Shown: positions 34,934-44,470 of the stretch, piece after piece
How positions within the stretch are numbered: position 1 is the first letter of the stretch
Layout: the number at the start of each line of letters is the position of its first letter
Origin: Candidatus Fermentibacteraceae bacterium
GTDB lineage: Bacteria; Fermentibacterota; Fermentibacteria; Fermentibacterales; JCC-6
Direction: 5' to 3'
Length of the DNA: 64,000 nucleotides
NCBI GenBank assembly: GCA_041686025.1
Contig: JAWLEP010000006.1
Coordinates: forward strand, 1,077 to 65,076
The notes under the pieces: model-generated
The model's input: the letters and a program-made list of their open reading frames with translations, nothing else
What the model was told of the DNA's origin: nothing
The model's database searches: none
Made by a program: the position numbers and the translations under genes

Positions 34934-37627
34934 CTACCTGACCACCAGCACCTTCCTGTGCACGACCCTGTCCCCGCCCTCCACGCGGATAACATACAAT
35001 CCGGAGGGCGCCCGGTCCCCGTCCGCCGTGCGGAGGTTCCAGGCCAGCGAGCCGGCCCCCGCCGGATAGGCGCCGCAGGCCGGACGGGCCACCACCCTTC
35101 CCGCCATGTCGTAGACGCTTACCTCCAGAAGCGCTCCCCCCTCCGGAACGCTCACCGGCACGGCCAGATGGGTTGCTGCGGGGTTGGGGCAGGGCATGCC
35201 CACCGAGAGGGTCTGCACACCCCCTTCGCCGGTTACTCCCGTCTCGGGGGAGAGGGTGATGCGGAAGGCGTAGTCGCCGCTGGTGAAGGCGGTCCATCCG
35301 GAGCTGCGGTTGTGCCACCAGCTGCGGCCCTCCACCGGGTCCTCCATGTCGGCACCCACCGCCAGCACCTTGGCGTCCGGCCAGCGGGAGACCAGCCACA
35401 GGTCGGCCCCCTGCTCCACCTCCACGTCGAAGGGCACCTCCAGCCAGCCCGGGGCGGAGGGGGCGCTGATGTCCTCGAAGGTCTGCAGCGGGTTGTCCAC
35501 GTCCGGCAGGCCGGTGCCGTCGTCGGGGCAGAGGGAGGCCCACTGGAAGGGGTCGGTGCTGTTGACGAAGATCCTGGCTCCGGTGACGGTGAACGGCGGG
35601 CCCACCACCGGCGTGTAGCGGACGGCGAACATGTCCTCTTCCTGGCTTCCCACCCAGTAGTAGCTCTCCCAGGAGCCGTCGTCGTAGATCATCTCCCAGG
35701 TAACGCTGAAGGGCCTTTCCGCGGCGTCGTTCTCCGGTACGTAGTCCTCCGGTACGCTCACCGTGAGGGTTGCCGCGCAGCTGCCGGTGTCCGCCGGGGC
35801 CCACTCCGGGAAGGTGCACAGGGCCGATTCGCCGGGGGCCAGCACGGAGGTGGTGACCGTCTCGCTGTATACCGTTCCCCCGCCGTCGTCTATCTCCAGC
35901 GTGGCCTCGATGGTCTCGCTGTAGGTGCCCGCGTTGGTGACGTCCGCCAGCGGCGAGAAGCCCATGAGGACCGTGTTCTCGTCGTAGGGCCTCACCACCG
36001 CGTCGGCGGAGGCGTCGTGCATGGCCCGGACGCCTGCGGCCAGGCTGTCGTTCTCGGGGCAGCCGTCACCCGTCAGCGCCGAGGCCGCCTCGAAGGTCCA
36101 GCTGCCGTATCCGGGAACGGTCCAGTCGTCGAAGGCCACGTCGACGCTGGCGCCGGGGGCCAGCCCTGTGACGTCTGCGGTATCCGACCAGACCGTGCCG
36201 CCCCCGTCGGATATGGAGGCGTACACCGGGAAGGAGGCGCTGCTGCCGCCCAGGTTGGAGACGGTGACCTCCGGGGTGACGGTGCTGCCCACCTGCTGGT
36301 TCTCGGCGGGGGAGAGGATGTCCACCACCGCGGCGTCGTTGTCCGCCGCCTCGCTGACCTGCAGGGCGTAGACCTGGCCGCCGCTGCCCATCTGCCGGGC
36401 GTGGACGGCCTTTCCCGAGGCGGTTGCCCACTGCCCGTCGTCGCTCACCGAGACGCTGTAGATCGATCCCGGCTCGTCTATGTCGTCCAGGAGCTGCATG
36501 ATGACTCCGCCGGAGGCGTCCAGGACGGTGACTACGTCGCCGTAGGTGCCGTCGTACTGGCCCCAGCTGCCGGCGACGATCACCTGTCCGTCGGCGGAGA
36601 TGTCAACAGAGGAGACCTCGTCGCCGTACTCGGTGTACTGCCACATCTCGGAGGGATCGCCTGCGGAGGGCCAGTCGTAGGCCACCAGCCGGCCGCTGTA
36701 GGGGCTGAAGGCCAGTGTGCCTCCCGCGGCGGTCTGGCCGTCTCCGCTTATGGCCACCGCCGTCACCCAGGAGTCGCCGGTGGGGAAGTTGTCCACCTGC
36801 ACCCAGTCCGACCCGTCGTGCTCCCACATCCGCACCCGGCCGTAGAAGTCGCCGGTTACGATTCTGGTCCCGTCGTCGGAGACGTCCGCCGGGGTCTGGC
36901 TGTAGTTGCCGAAGGGCGTGCCCACCAGCGAGCCGTCGGCGGTGTCGAATACGTGCACCCCCTGGGAGGAGTCGTAGACGGTGACCACCGCCCGGGAGCC
37001 GTCGCCGCAGATGGTGACCCCGTATATGCCGCTGCCGGTGGTGAGAAGCGATGACTCCCACAGCTGGGCGCCCGTGTCGGTGTCAACGCACACCACCGAG
37101 CCGTCCGAGCCCGCGTAGACCATGATGCCGGCGGACTCGCTGCAGTCCTGCTTCCCCGAGCCCGGCTCGGTGACGTCGGGGGTGGAGCCCGCACCCGTCC
37201 AGGCCAGCGTGCCTATCTGGGGCGAGCAGGCCGAGAGCACCCCCTCGTCCCCGGCGGAGACATCCATCTGGGCCTCGTTCTCCGGGGTCTGCCAGGACCA
37301 CAGCGGCGTGCCGCCGCCGCAGGTGACGTAGCGGGAGAGGCGGTCGTTGTTCAGGTACCAGGAGGCGAATATCACCTGGCCGGCGCCGCCGATGGACGTC
37401 TCGTTGGCTATGGCGTTGGCGTGGTTGCGGTCCACCCACAGCTGCTGGGCGCGGTAGAGGAGGCTGGTCCCTTCCGCCACCGGCGCCGCGGTCTCCTCCA
37501 CAGCATCCGCAGGCCCGACCGCCTCGGTGACCGTCCTCGCCGCCGTACCGTCGATTCCCGGAACGACCTCCGTGTCGTGCCCGGGCACCATCGCCAAAAC
37601 TGCCGCTATGACCGCTGCTGCGTACAT
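34934..37627 (-). CDS. Large secreted protein: PQQ/WD40-like propeller repeats, CARDB-like domains, T9SS C-terminal domain
   Basis: ATG 37627 follows GGGGAGG at 5 nt. Repeated DGS/DGT...V blades. VTVSNLGGSSA is a CARDB-type strand. Tail VYDMAGRVV...SGLYVIRVEGG...KVLVVR. The upstream ORF extension to 38143 looks non-coding. Confidence 0.8.
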   Translation of the reverse strand: MYAAAVIAAVLAMVPGHDTEVVPGIDGTAARTVTEAVGPADAVEETAAPVAEGTSLLYRAQQLWVDRNHANAIANETSIGGAGQVIFASWYLNNDRLSRYVTCGGGTPLWSWQTPENEAQMDVSAGDEGVLSACSPQIGTLAWTGAGSTPDVTEPGSGKQDCSESAGIMVYAGSDGSVVCVDTDTGAQLWESSLLTTGSGIYGVTICGDGSRAVVTVYDSSQGVHVFDTADGSLVGTPFGNYSQTPADVSDDGTRIVTGDFYGRVRMWEHDGSDWVQVDNFPTGDSWVTAVAISGDGQTAAGGTLAFSPYSGRLVAYDWPSAGDPSEMWQYTEYGDEVSSVDISADGQVIVAGSWGQYDGTYGDVVTVLDASGGVIMQLLDDIDEPGSIYSVSVSDDGQWATASGKAVHARQMGSGGQVYALQVSEAADNDAAVVDILSPAENQQVGSTVTPEVTVSNLGGSSASFPVYASISDGGGTVWSDTADVTGLAPGASVDVAFDDWTVPGYGSWTFEAASALTGDGCPENDSLAAGVRAMHDASADAVVRPYDENTVLMGFSPLADVTNAGTYSETIEATLEIDDGGGTVYSETVTTSVLAPGESALCTFPEWAPADTGSCAATLTVSVPEDYVPENDAAERPFSVTWEMIYDDGSWESYYWVGSQEEDMFAVRYTPVVGPPFTVTGARIFVNSTDPFQWASLCPDDGTGLPDVDNPLQTFEDISAPSAPGWLEVPFDVEVEQGADLWLVSRWPDAKVLAVGADMEDPVEGRSWWHNRSSGWTAFTSGDYAFRITLSPETGVTGEGGVQTLSVGMPCPNPAATHLAVPVSVPEGGALLEVSVYDMAGRVVARPACGAYPAGAGSLAWNLRTADGDRAPSGLYVIRVEGGDRVVHRKVLVVR

Positions 37628-37816
37628 CGCCGCCTCCCCGCTGGATTCCTGGACATGGCTCGCCTGTACGGGCACAATATCTCTCCGCGGGCGGGTGGGC
37701 AAGCCGGTCTGCGCCGCACCCCGGCTTGCGCGGCTTGCGCAGGCGGCAGCGGTGGCGTAGCTTCTTGCAGTCGGTGATGCGGCTTCACCAACCTGGCAAG
37801 CGGGAGGGCATCGGGC

Positions 37817-38683
37817 TTGGTTCCTGCGGAGAGCAATTCCCTCAGTGCAAGCACACGGGACCTGAGGCGGGGGCTGGAGAGGTGCATCGGTCTGCGCTTC
37901 GAGGGCGCCATCGATCATGGAGCGCTCCAGCCTGCTGCGCCGGAGGGCTATCCCCGGCTTGACGAGGCCAGACGCCGCGCCCTGGTGGCCCTGGAGTCCG
38001 GGGCCTGGCGCACCCGCAACGAGGCGGTGAAGCTTTTGGGCCTGTCGCTGCATCCCGAAGGCCGCCAGCTGCTGCGGGGCCTGCTGGCGGACCGGACCCC
38101 GGCCCCGGCCCTGCACCGGCTGCTGGGGGGAGACTACTTCCACAGCGGCTTCGAGAGGCGCAACGCCGTGGCCGGCCTGGCGCTACTGGGCGAATGGGAC
38201 GCCGGTACCACCGAGCTGGCGGCGCTCTGCCTCTGTGACCCCTACTACGAGGTCCGCTCCGCCTGCTGCAGGTGGATAGGGACGGCCCTGGCCGGCCGGT
38301 GCCGCGTGGAGGGCGGGAGGGAGGCCCTCAGGGGCTCTGGGCGGCTGGTGGACGCCGTCTGCCGTCTGTTCGACGACCGGCGCCTGGAGGTGCGGTGCGC
38401 GGCCTGGAGGGCGGCCGGGGCCCTGGCTCCGGCGGGACGGATCCTGGAGGCCTCCGAGGACCGCCTGGCCGACCCCAGGGTCCGGGTCCGGGAGGCGGTG
38501 CTGGACGCCTACGCACTGTTGCTGGACAGGTTCGGGGAAGAGGCGGAGGTGCGCGCCGGCGTGGAGTCCTGCCTGGACAGGATGCTTCTCACCTCGGTGG
38601 CCATGCGGCCCAGCTACCCGATCCGTCGGCGCTACCTGGCGGTGCGGAGCAAGCTGAAGGAGGGGTCTTGTTCTACCTGCTAG
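37817..38683 (+). CDS. HEAT-repeat protein
   Basis: Repeated ...RxxAxxALG/...VRxAAxxAL helical hairpins (EVRSACCRWIG, EVRCAAWRAAG, RVREAVLDAY). The TTG start is uncertain. The 3' end overlaps the mraY start. Confidence 0.55.
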   Translation: MVPAESNSLSASTRDLRRGLERCIGLRFEGAIDHGALQPAAPEGYPRLDEARRRALVALESGAWRTRNEAVKLLGLSLHPEGRQLLRGLLADRTPAPALHRLLGGDYFHSGFERRNAVAGLALLGEWDAGTTELAALCLCDPYYEVRSACCRWIGTALAGRCRVEGGREALRGSGRLVDAVCRLFDDRRLEVRCAAWRAAGALAPAGRILEASEDRLADPRVRVREAVLDAYALLLDRFGEEAEVRAGVESCLDRMLLTSVAMRPSYPIRRRYLAVRSKLKEGSCSTC

Positions 38684-39792
38684 CCCGGGCGCTGTCCGGG
38701 CAGAACGGCGGAATCGGGGCGCTGCGGGTCCTGGAGTACGTCTCCGTCCGTTCCATAGGGGCGGCGGTGACCACCCTGCTGCTGGTGGTGCTGGTGTCAC
38801 CCTCTGTGATACGCAGGCTTCACCTCAGCGGAAGCAAGGACAGGCAGCGGTCGTTCGACGCCCACCTGGGAAAGTCGAAGACCGGCACCCCCACCATGGG
38901 TGGCCTGGTGATCCTGGTCTCGCTGCTGGCCAGCATGCTGCTGTGGTCCGACCTCACCAGCCCCTTCGTGTGGGTGCTGGCCGCCTCGCTGCTGGTCTTC
39001 GGGTGCCTGGGTGCCGCCGACGACGTGGCCAAGCTGCGGGGCGGCAGGGCCGACGCCGGTCTGGGAAGGCCGGCCAAGATCGCCGTGCAGGGCGGCTTCG
39101 GGCTGGCCCTGGGCCTCTTCCTCTACCTGCCGCAGACCACGCCCTTCCCCGCGGGGCTGGTGGACACCATAGGCATTCCCTTCCTCAAGCCCGCGGCCTT
39201 CGGAGGGGCCGACGTGCATCTGGGCTGGCTCTACGTGCCCTTCGTGGCCTTCGTGGTGGTGGCCATATCCAACGCCGTCAACCTGATCGACGGCCTCGAC
39301 GGCCTGGCGGCGGGGACCACCATCCCCACCGTGCTGGTCTACGGCGTCTTCGCCTACGTCCTCAGCAACGCCAGGCTCAGCCAGTACCTGCTGTACAGCT
39401 TCCTTCCCGGGGTGGAGGAGCTGGTGGTGTTCGGGGCCGCCCTCATCGGGGCCCTGGTGGGCTTTCTGTGGTACAACTCCTACCCGGCCGAGGTCTTCAT
39501 GGGCGACACCGGCAGCCTCTCCCTGGGCGGCATGCTGGCGGCAATGGTGGTGCTCACCAAGCAGGAGCTGCTGTTCGTGATGGCCGGGGGGCTGTTCATA
39601 TTCGTCAACGTCACCCACCTGATCGGTGACCGAATCGGAATCCACATGCTGGGCAGGAGGATATTCTACCGGACACCCATACACCACTCCTTCGAGCACA
39701 TGGGCGTATCCGAGCCCAAGATCGTGCTGCGCCTGTCCATCGTGGCTCTTGTCCTGGCCGCCATCTCCCTGGCCACCATAAAGCTGCGCTGA
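38668..39792 (+). CDS. mraY: Phospho-N-acetylmuramoyl-pentapeptide transferase
   Basis: TTG 38668 follows AAGGAGGGG. Motifs: KSKTGTPTMGG, DDVAKL, NAVNLIDGLDGLA, FMGDTGSLSLGG, TPIHHSFE. Confidence 0.9.
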   Translation: MFYLLARALSGQNGGIGALRVLEYVSVRSIGAAVTTLLLVVLVSPSVIRRLHLSGSKDRQRSFDAHLGKSKTGTPTMGGLVILVSLLASMLLWSDLTSPFVWVLAASLLVFGCLGAADDVAKLRGGRADAGLGRPAKIAVQGGFGLALGLFLYLPQTTPFPAGLVDTIGIPFLKPAAFGGADVHLGWLYVPFVAFVVVAISNAVNLIDGLDGLAAGTTIPTVLVYGVFAYVLSNARLSQYLLYSFLPGVEELVVFGAALIGALVGFLWYNSYPAEVFMGDTGSLSLGGMLAAMVVLTKQELLFVMAGGLFIFVNVTHLIGDRIGIHMLGRRIFYRTPIHHSFEHMGVSEPKIVLRLSIVALVLAAISLATIKLR

Positions 39793-40451
39793 TGGGTCCC
39801 AGCCTGCTCCTGCTGGGCCGTCTGCTCTCCCTGGCCGGCGTGGGGGCCGCCCTGGCCCTGGGCCTGGGCCCGGCTCCGGACATCGTCCTGCTTCCGTTGG
39901 CCGGCGTCATCGGCGCCGGGGTGTGGATAGCCCGAAAGGCTCAGCGGGAGAGGGCGGAGAAGGACTACGGGGAGCGGAAGCGGGTGCTGGAGGGCGCCGT
40001 CCGGCTTGTAGAGAGCGAGAAGGCCCTGGACGACACCCGGCTGGCGTCTTTTTTGGGCATGGACGTGGAGGACGTCGCCAGGCACGTGGACTTCGGAATG
40101 AGCAGGGGATTCCTCCCCGCCGACCCCTCCCGGGGAATGCCCGCTCCCGGCATGGGTCATCTGCTGGCGTACCTGGAGCCCACCCCCCTGGGGCTGAAAT
40201 GGTTTCACAAGCCGCTGCTGAAGGTGGGCTTCGAGGTCTGCTCCCGACGCTACGGCTGCCACCTGATGACTCTGGAGCCGGGGCCCAAGCCGGTAGTTGT
40301 GGAGATGCGCTACCGCACCAGGTACGGCCACGTAACCCGCAGGTCCTCCACTTCCGTCCTCATCCGCGAGGGCACTCTCACCGCTCTGTACTTCACGCCC
40401 TCTCCCTGGGGAGCCATGGCAGCTGGAAAGCTGGAGCAGCTGGGAGATTAG
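39792..40451 (+). CDS. Hypothetical membrane protein translationally coupled to mraY
   Basis: The ATG shares one nucleotide with the mraY TGA (TGATG). Two N-terminal TM segments are followed by a soluble domain of unknown family. Confidence 0.55.
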   Translation: MGPSLLLLGRLLSLAGVGAALALGLGPAPDIVLLPLAGVIGAGVWIARKAQRERAEKDYGERKRVLEGAVRLVESEKALDDTRLASFLGMDVEDVARHVDFGMSRGFLPADPSRGMPAPGMGHLLAYLEPTPLGLKWFHKPLLKVGFEVCSRRYGCHLMTLEPGPKPVVVEMRYRTRYGHVTRRSSTSVLIREGTLTALYFTPSPWGAMAAGKLEQLGD

Positions 40452-42457
40452 GCAGGACCCTTCTCCAGAGCCGTTCTCACCTGTCTCAAAAGCTCGCCAG
40501 CCGTGAATGGCTTGGCTATGAAGCAGGTCCGCGCCTTGTCCGCAGCCTCCGGCCGCCCGGCCTCGTAGGAGTAGCCGGACATGAACAGCACAGGCATCTC
40601 CCCACGGTCCTTCCGCAGGCGCGAGCAGAGCTCGAACCCGCCCATGTCGGGCATGACCACGTCGCTGAGAAGCAGGTCGATTCCACCGGGAGTGCTGTCG
40701 CTGAGCTCCAGGGCCTCCCGGGGGGAGGAGGCTGCCAGGACCCGGTAACCGGCCGATGTGAGTATCTCCACCACCAGCTTGCGTACCACTTCCTCATCCT
40801 CGGCCACCAGCACCTGCTCGCGGCCGGTGGGTCGGGGCGGGGTTCCGGGCTCCTCATGCTCCGTGGTTGCAGGCCGGGGAGAGGCCGGCAGAAAAACCGT
40901 GAAGGTGCTTCCTCGTCCGGGCTTGGTATGGAGCTCGATATCGCCCTCGTGTTGTTTGACTATGCCGTGGACCATGGCCAGGCCCAGGCCGGTGCCCTTT
41001 CCGCTCTCCTTTGTGGTGAAGAAGGGCTCGAAGATCCTGTCGGCCGTCTCCTCGTCCATGCCGGTGCCCTGATCGATTACCGACAGCGCTAGGCGCGGCT
41101 TCCCCTCTTCAGACTCCCCGTCAGCTCGAAGGCGGATGAGGATCCGGCCCCCGTCGGGCATGGCGTCTCTGGCGTTGATCACCAGGTTCAGCACTACCTG
41201 TCCTATCATCGACTTGTCTACCATGGCCGCGGGGAGACCCTCGGCGACGTCCATCTCCAGCCGGTAGCGCTCCCCGATCATCCTCTCCAGCATGGGGGCA
41301 ATCTCGTCCAGTACAACCTGCAGACGGGCGGGTTTGCGATCCAGAACCTGGCTGCGGCTGAACGCCAGGAGCTGTCTGGTCATTCGGGCCGCCTGCTGGC
41401 CTGCGGACCGGATCCTCTGGAGGCTCTTCCATGCCTCGCTCCCCTCCTCCGCATCGGCCAGAAGCAGGTCGGAGTATGCGATGATGGGGGAGAGGAGATT
41501 GTTGAAGTCGTGGGCTACACCTCCCGCAAGCCTGCCGATGGATTCCAGCTTCTGTGCCTGGCGCAGCTGGCTCTCCAGCTCACGGCACTGCGTCTCGGAG
41601 CTGCGGTGCCGGCGGATCTCCTCCAGCAGCATGCGGTTCGCCCTATGCAGCTCTCCCGTCGTGGCTCGTACGTCCCTCTCCAGCGCGGCCCGGGCCCCCT
41701 CCAGCTCCCTCTGTGCCGACCTCCTCTCCCGGACCTCCTCCTCCAGCCTCTCGGCGGTCTCCTTCAGCCTCCTGCCGTCGACGTAGGCCGATGCCCGCCC
41801 CCCGTACATGATGGCCGACAGGACTGTTGAGATAACCACGGTGCCCGGAAGCACCATGAGCATCTCGAAGGGCATCTTCTCCAGCTCGCCCGGGAGAGTG
41901 GCGGTACCGTAGAAGACCATGAGCGCTCCCGCCAAGTAGAGCAGGTAGACATGGGGACGGAGCAGGAATACCGCCGCAACCGCGTAAAGCACCGCTACGA
42001 TGGTGGCCGAGCTGCCCATGGAGTACAGCTCCAGGCCCGAGACCGCCGAGAACCATCCGGCAAACACGGCGGGAACGGCGTACATTACAACGGCCCTGCT
42101 CCGGCTGCCCTGTTCCTTCCGGGAGGCCCAAAGGGTGAGGGCGAGGCAGCCCAGTCCCAGAACCGGCAGGGCCATGTCCATCGGTCTGTACCATGTGGCC
42201 GTGAACTCCGCCTTTTCCGGTGGGGCCATGGTGAGGTCGGCCACCAGGAAGTACACGGATAGGAGAATTATGAACCCCGACATCAGAACCAGTCTGCGGA
42301 GATTGGTCTCCACCACGTGGGCCCTGAAGGTCTCTTTCATGTCTGGGGGTACCTCAGGCCTGAGGTTCCGGAGGGCTTCGGCCAGGAGGCGGCCCGGGCT
42401 GGTCGGCTGATAAGTGTGATTAGATCCCATTGGAAAATAATAAGGCCGGCGCGACAT
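40448..42457 (-). CDS. Hybrid sensor histidine kinase/response regulator (membrane-bound)
   Basis: About 6 TM segments and a coiled coil. HisKA H-box GGVAHDFNNLL. HATPase motifs N (NLVINARDAM) and G (GTGLGLAMV). REC domain (VLVAEDEE...LLLSDVVMPDMGG). The start is ATG 42457 or 42430. Confidence 0.85.
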   Translation of the reverse strand: MSRRPYYFPMGSNHTYQPTSPGRLLAEALRNLRPEVPPDMKETFRAHVVETNLRRLVLMSGFIILLSVYFLVADLTMAPPEKAEFTATWYRPMDMALPVLGLGCLALTLWASRKEQGSRSRAVVMYAVPAVFAGWFSAVSGLELYSMGSSATIVAVLYAVAAVFLLRPHVYLLYLAGALMVFYGTATLPGELEKMPFEMLMVLPGTVVISTVLSAIMYGGRASAYVDGRRLKETAERLEEEVRERRSAQRELEGARAALERDVRATTGELHRANRMLLEEIRRHRSSETQCRELESQLRQAQKLESIGRLAGGVAHDFNNLLSPIIAYSDLLLADAEEGSEAWKSLQRIRSAGQQAARMTRQLLAFSRSQVLDRKPARLQVVLDEIAPMLERMIGERYRLEMDVAEGLPAAMVDKSMIGQVVLNLVINARDAMPDGGRILIRLRADGESEEGKPRLALSVIDQGTGMDEETADRIFEPFFTTKESGKGTGLGLAMVHGIVKQHEGDIELHTKPGRGSTFTVFLPASPRPATTEHEEPGTPPRPTGREQVLVAEDEEVVRKLVVEILTSAGYRVLAASSPREALELSDSTPGGIDLLLSDVVMPDMGGFELCSRLRKDRGEMPVLFMSGYSYEAGRPEAADKARTCFIAKPFTAGELLRQVRTALEKGPA

Positions 42458-42687
42458 CCGAACCAGGCCCGCAGAGCCCGAGCGGGTTGACGGCGTCGTT
42501 GCCGGTGTCGGATATTCGCCGCCCGAAGGGGGATCAGATGCGCACAGCCTGCAGCAGCCGCCGCATGACCATGCCCGAGCCCCGCCCGGGGTCCAGCGGG
42601 TAGCAGGCACCTCCGTGCCCTCCCGCGGCCCGGCCGCGGGGCCTTTCCGCAGCGTAATCCGAATCAGCTGACGCGGAAGAAGCGAGC

Positions 42688-43164
42688 ATGGAGGTGGGCG
42701 TGTATACCACGAGATTCTACAGGACATGGACCAGGGCCGGAACGCTGCGGCGCTTCCGGGTGAGAAACGGCAGCAGCGACCTGGAGATAGCCGCGGGATT
42801 CGACTGCACCGAGACGGCCTGCAGACTGCTCCGCCGGGCCAGGAGGGCGGTGAAGGACCGGATCGGGCGGGACCCCCACTTCGGGACCTCGCTGGCTCCC
42901 CTGCCGGTTGCCGGCGGAGAGCCCGAGCCCGTGGCCACCATGCTGCGGGCCGGCAGGGAGTGGGACGTGGGGCCCATGGCGGCGGTGGGCGGGGCCATAG
43001 CGGGATTCGTGGGCCGGGGCCTGCCCTCCCGCGGCCCGGTTATCGTGGAGAACGGCGGCGACATCTACGCCCGGGGCCCCGGCGAGCTGGTCGTCGGGCT
43101 CTACGCCGGTGAAGAGTCCCCATTCGGCAGGGCGGTGGAGTTCTGCGTGGACGCCTCGGGCGGA
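42688..43164 (+). pseudogene. N-terminal two-thirds of a UPF0280 (ApbE-like, COG2122) gene
   Basis: MEVGVYTTRFYR...DLEIAAG...PMAAVGGAIAGFVGRGL...IVENGGDIYA...GLYAGEESPF fits the family. After ...FCVDASGG the expected TSSG... continuation is missing, and the frame runs into low-complexity Arg/Gly/Pro sequence. Confidence 0.55.
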
Positions 43165-43168
43165 GTAG

Positions 43169-43435
43169 ACCGGGCTTCCCGAGAGCAGCCTCACCGCCCC
43201 GGTGGTGGACTACTCCCATGCCTGCCCGGAGATGTCGGGAGAGGTGGTGGGGCGGGCCAGCTACGCCGAGCTGCGCAGCGGCGCCGTGCGCCTGGCTGGT
43301 TCGGAGCGGAGAACCATGCCGCTGTCCAGCTTCCGGAAGGCCCGGGAGATAGCGGTGGAGCTGAAGCGGCGGATAGCCGGGGGCACCTTCAGGCCGTGCA
43401 GGCCCGTGGAGCCTCTGCCGGGCAGCGCCGTCTGA
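43169..43435 (+). pseudogene. C-terminal ~85 codons of a COG1900/DUF39 (homocysteine-biosynthesis type) gene
   Basis: The frame opens just after TAG 43166-43168. ...APVVDYSHACPEMSGEVVGRASYAELRSGAVRLAGSERRTMPLSSFRKAREIAVELKRRIAGGTFRPCRPVEPLPG matches my recollection of the DUF39 C-terminus. There is no N-terminal ~300 aa and no start codon. Confidence 0.5.
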
Positions 43436-43438
43436 GCG

Positions 43439-43954
43439 CTACCTCTTCTCTATGCTGGGGGCCTCCTGGCCGCGGACGGCCTCCAGCAGCTGCTCCAGCT
43501 GGTTGCCGGAGAGGCCCCCCCGGGGTGTGGCGGCCAGGGAGGTGAGGGCCCGGTCGGCGCGGCGCAGCCTCTTCACCAGCATGATGCCGATGGCCAGCAC
43601 CAGCCGGGCGGAGAGCTTGGGCTTCTCCAGGAGCATCCTGACGAACTCCTCCTTGGTAAGGCGGTAGAGCTCTGTCTCCCGGGTGGCCTGCACGTTGGCG
43701 CTGCGGGGGGCCTCGTCCAGGAAGGACATCTCGCCGAACAGCTCGTTGGGTCCGATGGAGGAGAGGTAGACCTTCTCCCCGGGAAGCTCGTCCATCACCC
43801 GGAGCTCGCCGCTCTTGACGATGTAGAGGGCGTTGGTCTCCTCGCCCTTGCGGAGAAGCGTCTCGTCCTTGCGGATGGTGATCCGTCGGCACTGCTGGAG
43901 GATGGCCTCCTCCTCGTCGGGGGAAAGGGTTGTGAAGACCCTGTCTCTGCTCAT
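43439..43954 (-). CDS. Cyclic-nucleotide-binding domain protein (no HTH)
   Basis: GGAGG lies 5 nt before the ATG. The cNMP-binding beta-roll contains FGEMSFLDEAPRSANVQA. 171 aa. Confidence 0.8.
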   Translation of the reverse strand: MSRDRVFTTLSPDEEEAILQQCRRITIRKDETLLRKGEETNALYIVKSGELRVMDELPGEKVYLSSIGPNELFGEMSFLDEAPRSANVQATRETELYRLTKEEFVRMLLEKPKLSARLVLAIGIMLVKRLRRADRALTSLAATPRGGLSGNQLEQLLEAVRGQEAPSIEKR

Positions 43955-44027
43955 GTCAACCTCCGGGTCCTTTGGATGCGGGGCGGTCTACGGGCGGCCG
44001 CCGGCGGCGCCCGAGGCCTTCGGGGCT

Positions 44028-44327
44028 CTAGCCTATGCTCTCCAGGATGTTCAGGTAGTCATCGTAGTCCATGGCCTGCCAGCTCTCCGCCACCAGGGCG
44101 CCCTGGGAGCGGGAGATGACGCTGATCCTGTGGGCCGTGTCCACGTCGGGGGCCTCGTAGATGTCCATGAAGTCGTAGGGCCCCAGTATGGCGTAGTGGG
44201 CCAGCCACTTCACGTCGGGGCAGGTCTCCTTCACCCGGTTGAGCCACTCCTTGCCCGTCCTCTTCCTTCCCTCGGCGTCGTGCAGGGCCTCCGGACGAAG
44301 CTTGGTCATCAGCACGAACTTGGGCAT
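44028..44327 (-). CDS. GYD-domain protein
   Basis: ATG 44327 follows GAGGAGGTG. MPKFVLMTKLRPEAL...LGPYDFMDIYEAPD is typical of the GYD family. 99 aa. Confidence 0.75.
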   Translation of the reverse strand: MPKFVLMTKLRPEALHDAEGRKRTGKEWLNRVKETCPDVKWLAHYAILGPYDFMDIYEAPDVDTAHRISVISRSQGALVAESWQAMDYDDYLNILESIG

Positions 44328-44418
44328 GCGGCACCTCCTCGCCTGCGCTAAAGGTCTGTTCCCGGAACAAACTCTACAACAATCGCCGGACAAGGCAAGG
44401 CGAGTGGGGCCGTAAGCG

Positions 44419-44457
44419 TGAGAAAAGGGCCGCGCCCCCGGTGGCGGCGCGGCCCTT
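44419..44457 (-). terminator. Rho-independent terminator of the M6 protease gene
   Basis: 12-bp stem AAGGGCCGCGCC/GGCGCGGCCCTT. On the minus strand it is followed by TTTTCTCA. Confidence 0.7.
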
Positions 44458-44470
44458 CCGATGGGGACCC

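Noticed and set aside
34958-37054. 698-aa plus-strand ORF. The same judgement applies to 47880-49904, 53175-55019 and 58313-60409 in their upstream parts.
   Set aside because: These are all mirror-frame artefacts of strongly supported genes on the other strand or in another frame. Only the C-terminal part of 58313-60409 (from GTG 59359) is real.
37628-38143. 172-codon upstream extension of the large CARDB/propeller ORF.
   Set aside because: The composition is low-complexity and partly overlaps the HEAT-repeat gene region. ATG 37627 has an SD and starts a signal-like segment.
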